A DNA stretch of 64,000 nt, from positions 62,001 to 126,000 of the forward strand of contig NW_021832383.1 of the NCBI RefSeq assembly GCF_006345805.1. Reading direction: 5' to 3'. Source of the stretch: Octopus sinensis. Taxonomy: Eukaryota. The notes under the pieces were generated by a model that made no database searches, was not told where the DNA came from, and saw only the letters and a program-made list of their open reading frames with translations. Shown here piece after piece: positions 1 through 10,555 of the stretch. The first letter of the stretch is position 1; the number at the start of each line of letters is the position of its first letter. Made by a program: the position numbers and the translations under genes.

Positions 1-1639
1 TTTCATCCTTTCGGGGTCAATAAATTAAGTACCAGTTACACACTGGGGTCGATGTAATCGACTTAATACCTATGTCTGTCCTTGTTTGTCCCCTCTGTAT
101 TTAGCCCCTTGTGAGTAGTAAAGAAATAGATAAATTAAGTACCAGTTACGCACTGGGGTCGATGTAATCGACTTAATACCTATGTCTGTACTTGTTTGTC
201 CCCTCTGTGTTTAGCCCCTTGTGGGTAGTAAAGAAATAGGTATTTCACCTGTCGCTACGCTCTGAGTTCAAATTCCGCCAAGGTCGACTTTGCCTTTCAT
301 CCTTTCGGGGTCGATAAATTAAGTACCAGTTACACACTGGAGTCGATGTAATCGACTTAATACCTATGTCTGTACTTGTTTGTCCCCCCTGTGTTTAGCC
401 CCTTGTGGGTAGTAAAGAAATAGGTATTCTTGTCGTTTCTACCATTTCACCAGTTAGAAGACTGGCGTCGTTTTCCTGTATTCAGAGTTGTCTCCTTTGC
501 TTCGTAGACCAGACACTATACGTAATAAAGTTAGCTCCCAATAATCTTTTCTACTCTAGGTACAACGCCTGAAATTTTATTCATGTTTGTGTGCGTGTAT
601 AGACGACATTTATATTTACCCATATATATCTACCCCGTCATAAGGGACAGTCCATGTCACAACACATACAAACGACCAGAAATCTGCGTTTATAATGATA
701 ATAATAACCAAAACACGAGGACTTACGAATGTATATAACATACAGAAAATAGCACTACAAAGTACCGGGGCACATCCTACGTAAAACACTTTCAATACAG
801 TGAAACATAAGAGCACCACAACAAACCACAGCACCTGCCCAGGGTTCACAGAGCTGCGATCGGTTGTGCAGTGAAAGCAAGTGATAAAAATAAGACTAAT
901 ATTATTTCAAATTTTTTGTCACAGGGGCAGCTTGGGGAAGATGAGTCGATTACATCGACCCCCAGTATTCAACTGGTACTTATTTTATCGACCCCGAAAG
1001 GATGAAAGGCAAGGTCGATCTCGGCGGAATTTGAACTCAGAAAGTAGCGACGGGTGAAATACCTATTTCTTTACTACCCACAAGGGGGCTAAACACAGAG
1101 GGGACAAACAAGGACAGACATAGGTATTAAGTCGATTACATCGACCCCAGTGCGTAACTGGTACTTATTTTATCGACCCCCGAAAGGATGAAAGGCAAGG
1201 TCGATCTCGGCGGAATTTGAACTCAGAAAGTAGCTACGGACGAAGTGCCATCAAGCATTTTGTCCGGCACGCTGACGATTCTGCCATGAATTGACGTTTG
1301 ACTGTCACCACACACAAAACACACACACCACATATTTAAGCAAATTTTAAGATAAAAAAACATACTTCCAAGTTTGATATGGTTCGGTGACCACGGCTCG
1401 AAGTTGTGAGACCATTCCTGGAGGATGCGATCACAATAATAACCAGTAATCCATCCGTGAATCGTGTTCTCGATCATGGGACAATCCTCAGCCATTGTTA
1501 CCACTCCCCGCCATAACACATCGCATTTCAAAACACCGGTGACGCATTAATCATTGAACCCAATTGAAATAGTTCCACTTTCATTTTACACTCTTTCACT
1601 CCTTCGCTCTAGCTATCTTTCTTACTTTCTTTCTATCGA

Positions 1640-1642
1640 CCA

Positions 1643-1686
<44 letters not shown>

Positions 1687-1739
1687 GTCTATCCATCCAT
1701 CCGTCTATCTATCTATCTATCTATCTATCGATCGATCTA

Positions 1740-1831
<92 letters not shown>

Positions 1832-1934
1832 TCTATATATCTATCTATCTTTCTATCTATCTATCTATATATCTATCTATCTATCTATCTGTCTGTCTAT
1901 CTATTTATCTATCTATCTATCTATCTATCTATCT
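1640..1934. repeat. (ATCT)n/(GTCT)n compound microsatellite
   Basis: Direct inspection; explains spurious ORF 1554-2117. Confidence 0.98.
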
Positions 1935-2612
1935 CCCCCTTTTTCCTCTTTTTTCTTCCTTTTTCATTTTTCTTTTCTTTTGTTTCTTTTCTTTTTTCCC
2001 CTTTTTTTCTTTTTCTTTTTCCCCTTTTACGATCCTTTTGATCGAAAACCTACGCCACTTATTTTTTTGTTTTCTTTGTTTTTTTTCATCCCACAAAAGA
2101 AAAGCTCTACCTTGTAACTTGTCCCATCTGTGTGCAGCCCTGTGTGGCCAATAAAGAAACTTATCTATCTATCTATCTATTTATCCATCCATCCATCCGT
2201 CTATCTATCTTTCTTATATATATCTATCGTTCTTATATATACTTTCATTCCTTCTCTCTGTTTTTCGGTCTTACACTTTCTTTTAATCTGTCTCTTCTTC
2301 CCTCATTATCTCTCTTTTCCTAATCATCTCTCTATCTATTTTTTTCTCTCATGTTCTTGCATAACCCGTTAAACAAACGAATTACAAATTTATCAAGAAA
2401 GCCAAGTGAAAATAATGTTTTCTTTTGACACATTCTACCAGTATACGAAGTTTTAAAGTGTTTAGTTAACTAGAAATTGTGTTGAAATCTGGCTATCAAA
2501 AGGAAAAGATCCCGTCTCTCTCCCACTCTTTGCCTATCCTGCACCCTTTCGTTCTAATCCTTTTCTTTCTCTTAAAATCTTTGAATCCCTCTTTCTCTCT
2601 CCCTCTCCTCCA

Positions 2613-2674
<62 letters not shown>

Positions 2675-2738
2675 CTCATAAATCTTTTCTTTCATTTTAT
2701 TTACACAGTTCCCTTCCCAGATATTCCTATAGAGTATG

Positions 2739-3165
2739 GGATCTTTTCGGTTTGAACGGCAATTTTTCTAACGGTGTCATATGAAATTGTCACCCATAAT
2801 TATGACCCTAGTATCGATCTATTACATTTCAATCTGTTTTAGGGTTAGGGTTAGGGTTAGAGTTAAGGGTGGGAGGAAGGGTATCTTTTTTTCTTCACAA
2901 ATGTAAATAAACCCAATCTGTTTCTTAAACGAGGGACATTTTCATAGGGCACAGAATGTTTTCAGCTCAATAGACGTCATTGATTGGTTGAAATTGCAGA
3001 AATTGAAGAAAAAAACAACAAATATCTTACAAACTATAGAATTTTCTCAATAAAGCCAAGAGAAAAAGATGTTTTATAAACACATTCTACCAGTATACGA
3101 AGTTTAAAAGTGTTTAGTTACGTGGAAATTATTTTTAAAAACTGCCGTTCAAACTGAAAAGATCC
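2739..3165. mobile_element. TIR element with internal telomere-like repeat
   Basis: GGATCTTTTCGGTTTGAACGGCA ... TGCCGTTCAAACTGAAAAGATCC; (TTAGGG)3 plus degenerate units at 2839-2869; partial right-end copy about 2385-2511. Confidence 0.8.
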
Positions 3166-3404
3166 GAATATGTTTGCCAGACGTCCCTTATAGAAGAGTC
3201 ACGTCCCATATGTGATAATTTTGTCCCCTGTCCCGTACAGACCTTTCAGGGACATCCCCAAATGTCCCGTATTTAGTTCATTTTCAAATCTCGTAATAGT
3301 ATTTTTTACTGCCTTCTTACGGTTCTTAGTTGTAACTTTATAAATACTTATGCTTTCTTTTTTCATATTCTCTTTGATGAAAATAACCTAAATGTAATGA
3401 GGAG

Positions 3405-3835
3405 GAGGAGTGGCTGTGTGGTAAGTAGCTTGCTTACCAACCATGGTTCCGGGTTCAGTCCCACTGCGTGGCACCTTGGGCAAGTGTCTTCTACTATAGC
3501 CTCAGGCCGACCAAAGCCTTGTGAGTGGATTTGGTAGATGGAAACTGAAAGAAGCCCGTCATATATATGTATATATATATACGTATATATATATATATAT
3601 ATATATATATGCGTGTGTGTGTTTGTGTGTCTGTGTTTGTCCCCCTAGCATTGCTTGACAACCGATGCTGGTGTGTTTATGTCAAAGTTACTTAGCGGTT
3701 CGGCAAAAGAGACCGATAAAATAAGTACTACAGGGCTTACAAAAGAATAAGTCCCGGGGTCGAGTTGCTCGATTAAAGGCGGTGCTCCAGCATGGCCACA
3801 GTCAAATGACTGAAACAAGTAAAAGAGTAAAAGAG
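3405..3835 (+). mobile_element. tRNA-head SINE family A (~400 bp), representative copy
   Basis: A-box-like TGGCTGTGTGGT, B-box-like GGTTCAGTCCC, central (TA)/(TG) microsatellite, tail AAACAAGTAAAAGAG. Other copies about 6567-6968, 12554-12958, 17905-18195(-), 18229-18625, 19365-19752(-), 24527-24790(-), 29190-29548(-), 45362-45742, 54230-54760, 60060-60460(-). Confidence 0.92.
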
Positions 3836-4142
3836 AGGAAACTAGTGTTGCTAGAAATTTACACAAAACTGACCCGTTTGTAACTTAATACTGTCAACAA
3901 AGTGTGTTGTTACTACTTGCCACAGTCCTTTTTTTTTTTCCCCTTACTTAAAAACTAATCTATCCATCTCTTGATGCCAAAACGTAAGTGTAAATTTCGT
4001 GCTGAATATTCCACCAAATGGACATTTATCAAACAAGGCAGAAGCTGTTTTGGAAAGACTTCCAAAGACTATAGTTCTTTAGGACTGAGAATTTCGATTG
4101 ACACTAATCTAAATAGATCCAACTTCTTTTGGGTCTTCTTAA

Positions 4143-4363
4143 CCCTTTAGCATTTAAACCGGCCATATCCGGCCAAAAGTATTCTGCCTGTTTTATGTTC
4201 AAATTGGCCAAATCTGGTCTCTCACACCAACCCTACAATATCATTTTAAAAATTAACAGCTACCTCATCAAATTCTCATAGTTACAAGATAATGTTTGAT
4301 TAGTTCAAAACAAAGTGGATGAAAAAGCATTAATTTTGGCAGAATAATGCGAACACTAAAGGG
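4143..4363. mobile_element. piggyBac-like MITE family 1 (~220 bp), representative
   Basis: TTAA|CCCTTTAG...CTAAAGGG|TTAA. Other copies 21935-22153, 26494-26714, 31375-31596, 33728-34315, 39550-39989, 43896-44114, about 20293-20497 and 53382-53600. Confidence 0.9.
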
Positions 4364-4544
4364 TTAAATCTGAAAGCTAATTCCTATAAACCTTTCCTAT
4401 AAGCTCAATGAAAATCAAAAATATATTAATAAACACTCTTGGTGCGGCCCTATTATATTTAAGAATTTAATTCCTATCCCTGTAGGAATTAATTCCTACC
4501 TCTTGCTCAATGATCTAGATGTAGGAGTTGGTCCCTCAAAATCC

Positions 4545-5135
4545 TGTGGTTCATGCTGTTCCTCTCCCTAAATGTTAAGACAAATACAGGTAAAAATTCC
4601 TACTTTTATTAGATAAACACTTTCCTCACAACCATAGGTATAATAGAATATTTAATCGACATGGATAAAATTACGTAACCCTGTGTCCCTAACATGAAGG
4701 CCTATATCAACAGTCAACCAATGTCTCAAACCATTTGAACCTCCAGAACAGGCATTGATATATCATCTGCTATTCAAAAGGCATAAATATGGCAAACTAC
4801 AATACCTGCCAAACAGAACCTGAGCACTATATAGGATCTGTGGAAGGAAAATTCAAATTCAGATACAACAGTCATCTTTTTACCTTTAGGTATTCCAAAA
4901 TGAGACATACCACAATCCACGGAAAATTAATCTGAAGACTTAAGGACACAAGGCACAACTACAGCAAATCGAAGATACCTTCTAGGATTAAACCCAGGAT
5001 TAAAGGATCAAATAGATGGCTCCTTATTGTTAAGTGAAAAACTTTATTTTTTGAAGCAGCTACAAATTTCTAGAAACTGTATAAACACCAACAGCGAAAT
5101 TTTCTCTTCATGTCCACACTTTATGAAGTATATTT
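4545..5135 (+). mobile_element. Decayed Penelope-like element fragment (linker plus GIY-YIG endonuclease)
   Basis: Frameshifted translations NVKT...LDKHFPHNHRYNRIFNR, PNMKAYINS, YIGSVEGKFKFRYNSHLFTFR...I*RLKD, INTNSEIFSSCPH resemble recalled PLE motifs KHFP...IFNR, SCMPN, YIG.TE..FK.RY.NH..SF, IW.LK, LN.RSE..S.CRH. Confidence 0.8.
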
Positions 5136-5582
5136 TAGTGGGAATTAAAGATAAGCTTTCAGTGAGACAATAAGTTCATTAATTTAGTTATAATTCTATT
5201 GGGATCCAATCAATGAACATATTTCTCTGGTGCCATCATCTCACCTAACTATTTATTCATCACTAGAATTCACAAACTCTGATAATCTTCCTATACCTCA
5301 ATTTCTGTTATTCCAATAACCTTCCCATTGCTTGTCTTTCCTTTATGTTTCCTGTGTTGGTTTACAAACTATTTTGCCTGTTGTAAGAGCCCCAACTCTA
5401 TTTACTGTTCAGGGAATTAGCTTCATTTGATCGCTCTCTGTCTTTTTCAAACCACATGTGCTCATTTAAATCCCACCTCACAGGGAATTACTAATCCACT
5501 ATGTTGACATTACCAACTTAAGAAATGGCGAAATAAATTTAATATTCTTGCCAGCAGATCCTGGGTTGTTGAATTTCACATG

Positions 5583-5868
5583 ATTTATTATTATTATTAC
5601 TATTATTATTATTATTATTATCATTATTATTATTAAGGCGGTGAGGTACTAGAATCATTAGCATACCAGGCAAAAATGCTTAGCGGCATTTCGTCTGTCT
5701 TTACATTTTCAGTTTATATTCCACTGAGGTTGACTTTGCTGTTCATCCTTGTAGGGGTTCGATAAAATTTGAAATCGTCATCATCATCATCATTATCATC
5801 ACCACCACCACCACCACCACCACCACCACCACCATGATCATCATTACCCCACCACCATCATCATCATC

Positions 5869-5902
<34 letters not shown>
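5583..5902. repeat. (ATT)n, (CAT)n, (CAC)n, (AAT)n trinucleotide cluster
   Basis: Direct inspection; (CT)n also at 2613-2670. Confidence 0.95.
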
Positions 5903-6724
5903 TCCTACGCAAAATACTTTCTATGTAATCTCAAGGTTTAAAACATTTTTTTTTCTTATACATTCACTAGTACAACACCAAAAAAAAAAAAAAAACCCAA
6001 ATATATGACACACTAGGCATAACAACAACGTGAACTTCCAACCTGTTGTCTCTTGAGGTCTCTGGGTGAGACTTGGAGCCAACTTGTACAGACATAAAGC
6101 AAAAGTCAAACATAGAATAATAATAATAATAAAATACATGTGTGTGTGTGTGTGTGTGTGCCTGCGCATGTTTGGTTAGCTGGTTTGTAGGCAAGAAGAA
6201 CCGTAAGCCTGCATAGAAAACTCTATGAGTTGATTAGGAGGAGTCATTACGTAAATATTGTAAAAGCAGAGCCGATTAAAATAATATAATATCGATCATT
6301 CTGTATTCGGTGCTCAGGTGCATTGCAACAAGATTGCTGCTGTTTTGCTCGTAAGAACTCATCGTGGCAGCGAAAACTAGTTCAAAATATTTGGTTAATA
6401 TGTAATTATGTAGGCGTAGGAGTGGCTGTGATTTGCCTTTCATCCTTTCGGGGTCGATAAATTAAGTACCAGTTACTAACTGGGGGTCGATGTAATCGAC
6501 TTAATCCATTTGTCTGTCCTTGTTTGTCCCCTCTGTGTTTAGCCCCTTGTGGGTAGTAAAGAAATAAGGAGTGGCTGTGTGGTAAGTTGCTTGCTTACCA
6601 GCTACATGGTACCGGGTTCAGTCCCACTGCGTGGCACCTTGGGTAAGTGTCTTCCTACTATAGCCTCGGGTCGATCAAAGCCTTGTGAGTGGATTTGGTA
6701 GACAGAAACTGAAAGAAGCCTGCC

Positions 6725-6755
<31 letters not shown>

Positions 6756-7229
6756 TGTTTGTGTGTCTGTGTTTGTCCCTCCCAACATCGCTTGACAACT
6801 GATGCTGGTGTATTTACGTCCCCGTAACTTAGTGGTTCGGCAAAAGAGACCGATAAAACAAGTACTAGGCTTACAAAGAATAAGTCCTGGGGTTAATATG
6901 CTCGACTAAAGGCGGTGCTCCAGCATGGCCACTGTCAAATGACTGAAACAAGTAAGAGAGTAAAAGAGTAAATATTAAAAAGATGAAAGGAGGAGAGTAT
7001 AAGCAGGGAATAGGTTGAACATATGGTACCAGTGTTTGTGTTATCTCGGTGAGCGTCATTTAAAGAAATGAAGAGTTCTAACGAAGTTTGCTACTGAAGT
7101 GTAGAAAAGGGGTTTTGAGTGACACCCATGTTTGTTATTATGACAATTGTAAAACTGGTTCTGTTGCCATTGGGGGAAATTTGAGAAAAAAAGAAAACAG
7201 AAGAACAAACGTGTGTACATCTACCCGTC

Positions 7230-7755
7230 TGTTTGTTGTTGTTGTGACCCCCTTCAGTCATGACTGACCATGGGATTGCACCTAGAAAGTTACCCTCCGA
7301 AGTACCAGTCTGGGCAAGGTCGTTTATGGAAGACAAGCAGTCGCCCATGCATACCAGCCTCCCCTCTCCATGTCACCGATGTCATCCAAGGGAAAGGCAA
7401 AGGCTGATACAGCTTGGCACCAGTGCTGTCGTAGCTCATTTATTAACGTGCAAGTGGCTGAGCACTCCACAGACACGTGTACCCTTAATGTAGTCCTCGG
7501 GAAGATTCAGCGTGACACAGAGTGTGACAAGGCTGGCCCTTTGAAATACGGGTACAACAGGAACAGGAAGAAAGAGTGAGAGAAAGTTGAGGTGAAAGAA
7601 TACAGCAGGGTTCACCACTACCCCGTGCCGGAGCCTTGTGGGGCTTTAGGTGGTTTTGCTCAATAAACGCTCACAATGTCCGGTCTGGGAATCGAAACTG
7701 TGATCCTACGATCACGAGTCCGCTGCCCTAACCACTGGGCCATTGCGCCTCCACA
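7230..7755 (-). mobile_element. Another tRNA-derived SINE (with adjacent repeat body)
   Basis: Minus-strand head GTGGAGGCGCAATGGCCCAGTGGTTAGGGCAGCGGACTCG...GTTTCGATTCCC (A and B boxes); part of the body recurs near 33035-33130. Confidence 0.75.
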
Positions 7756-8519
7756 TCCATCTGTTCGTACATACGTATGTATGTATGTACATACATGCAT
7801 ACATACATTTACTACTTGAACAAGGAGCCCAAATTTAATTAAAGATTTCATTTGTACTTGTCGCTCGTTGCACACCTATGACATCATGCACATGTTACCT
7901 AGGAATATAGTTATTAGGTAAGTTTGGCTTCTTGAAACAGCTGTCGAGATAAGACATTACATAACATTCTTTTATTATATATATATATATTTCTTATTTA
8001 TTTTATGATTTGTACTCCATGTAGATAAATATCTCAAGCATAACAGTGAAAATCTATTTTACTACTTACCTACAACTCTACGTACATACATATGTACCTA
8101 CCTACCTACCAACCTACATACATACATGCACACAGACTGATTCATATTTTACAAAATACAATCGATTACTGATACAGTGAAAATTGCAAAACATTCCAGG
8201 GTTTCTCCATTTGAGGATTCTGGGCTAAACATATACACACAATCACCTATAGCAATTCCACAATCAAGATGATACTCTATTATCTAACCAAGGGATAGGG
8301 ATCTTTTACAGTATGAAGGGCAAATCTCCAACCCATGACGGAGTAGGGTCCACATCAATGAAGAGAAAAGAGAATAATTCTTCAATTTTACAAGCATCAT
8401 AGACTTGTATGTTGGGAGGCTCACTATACTAATAAAACACACACTGGTTCTATTTCGCTTTATTACATATATATGCTTGGTTACTAAATACACATATTTA
8501 AAAAAAATTTCTCTTATTC

Positions 8520-8556
8520 CTTTCTGTTGAAGAGCTTTGGCTCGAAACGTAAAAGA
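8520..8556 (+). ncRNA. Minimal hammerhead-like motif, A6U variant (second copy 63959-63996)
   Basis: CTTT-CTGTTGA-A-GAGC-TTTG-GCTC-GAAAC-GTA-AAAG. Confidence 0.45.
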
Positions 8557-9052
8557 CTTTCTCACTTTTCAGAGCGTCAAAATGATACACTGGCTTGTTG
8601 TCCATACACATGTCTGCGTCATTTGTTTTTCTGTAAATTACTAGAATATTCACACACGACATCTTTCTTTCATCTACTGTCTACCAATTCTACTCACAAA
8701 GGTTTTTGCGTTCCGGGGACATATTTGAAGACACTAGCCCATAATGCCTCACTGTGGGACTGAAGCGGGAACCCTATTGTTGGGAAAAGACATTTTACCA
8801 CACACCCACACCTCTCCGTCTTCGAATTCTTCATACCACTCATCCCATTGATAATATTCTATACCATCGAAGGCTTTAAAAATACTAAACCTATTCAGTA
8901 ATTTGTCCACGTGATTCTTCACCACCCCCACCAATGAATCAGCGGTCAATTCACAGAGGATAGGAGTTGTTAGAGTCCGCATACTATCGTCTTTCCTGAA
9001 TGATTTGTCTTATTTCAATCACTCTTATAGTTCTTCTACTTAATTTTTCATC

Positions 9053-9316
9053 ATGATTCAAGCCATTGCAACCGATTTGAAGCCAGATGTATTAAAATTA
9101 CTGTCAAGGCATCTTCAAAAGTTAGCAGATGGTTTCCAGAACTAAAAAAGAATTTTCTTTGGTTTTGGAAATATAATCGAAGAGTCTCTCTATGCTCTAG
9201 TAAACATGGACGTAGCGAAATTAAAGATAGCTCCCATTCACAATCTCTACTCAGAAGGTATTGTGGGATTTTCCAAACATGATTCAGTTGTCGAGATGCC
9301 GGGCAACAGAAATTAG
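9053..9316 (+). pseudogene. Decayed fragment of a probable DNA-transposon protein
   Basis: One frame with one stop: MIQAIATDLKPDVLKLLSRHLQKLADGFQN*KRIFFGFGNIIEESLYALVNMDVAKLKIAPIHNLYSEGIVGF; resembles recalled KLA.GF..Q...FGFG / APIHNL..ERSVG motifs of uncharacterised invertebrate transposon-like proteins. Confidence 0.45.
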
Positions 9317-9644
9317 AATCTTCTTCCCATATGTAATCTGGATTGGGAATCACTTGGATCTGAACTTTGCATCGATTTTTAGGAATCAATTATATGTTGC
9401 TGTGTAAAAAAAACAACATAAGCATTATCGTGTTCTAAATCCTAAATTTTGACGTCTCCCATGATGAACGTTGGCGTAACTTCAGACATAAATTTGATAT
9501 AGCTTCAAATGACGTTTTCTATTCACTATTTCACACAGCTGTTGACTTACAAGAGTTAATAAATATTGAATAAAATCGTATAAATCACGCTGTTGGTATA
9601 TATATATACATAATAATATATATATATATTATATATATATATAT

Positions 9645-9890
9645 ATATAATATTAATTAGAGACAAATCCACTATTTTGCAAAACAAACAAGGAAAGACT
9701 TAATCAATAATAAAATTTAATAAAAGTAAAAAAAATTTTATGTATTGATTAAGTCTTTCCTTGTTTTTTTTGCAAAATAGTGGATTTGTCTCTAATTAAT
9801 ATTATATAATATTTTACTATAAAATTGGATTTAATCCTAAATCTGATTTTTTCCCTGTAAATTTGGATTTATTCCCTAATATTTATTATA
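9645..9890. repeat. AT-rich hairpin element plus conserved tail (second copy 55598-55880)
   Basis: ~73-bp near-perfect arms 9645-9718/9733-9808, then AAAATTGGATTTAATCCTAAATCTG...CCCTAAT shared with the 55.6-kb copy. Confidence 0.85.
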
Positions 9891-10136
9891 TATATATGCA
9901 TAGATCATAGGTGTGTATGTATGTTATGGTACTGATGATGGTGGTAGTGGCAGAGCTTAAACCGTTTGTTGCCTGTTTGCATGTGAACAATCCAAGATCC
10001 GCAAAGAGAGAGGATAACCGGAATGATTTTCTGATTTTCACTTTACATCTCATCGATTGTATTTGATGAAAGGGAATCAGTTGACCTTAATGAGCTGGCA
10101 GATCCCTTGCCATGCCGGACAAAATGCTGGAAAAAA

Positions 10137-10555
10137 GGCGGCGAGCTGGCAGAAACGTTAGCACACCGGGCGAAATGCGTATCCGTATTTCGTCTGCCAT
10201 TACGTTCTGAGTTCAAATTCCGCCGAGGTCGACTTTGCCTTTCATCCTTTCGGGGTCAATAAATTAAGTACCAGTTACGCACTGGGGTCGATGTAATCGA
10301 CTTAATCCGTTTGTCTGTCCTTGTTTGACCTCTCTGTGTTTAACCCCTTCTGGGTAGTAAAGAAATAGGTATTTCACCTGTCTTTACGTTCCGAGTTCAA
10401 ATTCCGTCGAGGTCGACTTTGCCTTTCATCCTTTCGGGGTCGATGAATTAAGTACCAGTTACGCACTGGGGTCGATGTAATCGACTTAATCCCTTTGTCT
10501 GTCCTTCTTTGTCCTCTCTGTGTTTAACCCCTTGTGGGTAGTAAAGAAATAGGTA
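10137..10555 (+). mobile_element. tRNA-head SINE family B with Nin/Deu-like domain; dimeric body; representative copy
   Basis: Head GGCGGCGAGCTGGCAGAAACGTTAGC, B-box GAGTTCAAATTCC, core TTCATCCTTTCGGGGTCGATAAATTAAGTACCAGTT. Other copies 1-428, 890-1290(-), 11380-11610(-), 24103-24330(-; 16-bp TSD CGAAAGGGTTAATACC), 31884-32286(-; TSD TCCTATCTCTTACC), 37133-37522, 43728-44180, 53628-53840, 55990-56480(-), clusters 49720-50410 and 60740-61760. Domain naming from memory. Confidence 0.9.

Noticed and set aside
1554-2117. 187-aa ORF and similar low-complexity ORFs (14480-15091, 15573-15921, 25945-26206)
   Set aside because: Read-throughs of microsatellites.
2839-2869. Interstitial telomere from chromosome fusion
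   Set aside because: Only ~5 units, single orientation, embedded in a TIR element.
7670-7755. Possible tRNA gene
   Set aside because: A and B boxes present but no complete cloverleaf; continues into a repeat body, so it is a SINE head. The same applies to the family A and B heads.
8749-8982. 77-aa minus ORF with aromatic/acidic stretch (YYQWDEWYEEFEDG)
   Set aside because: No recognisable motif or splice context; its 3' end runs into a SINE-A fragment.
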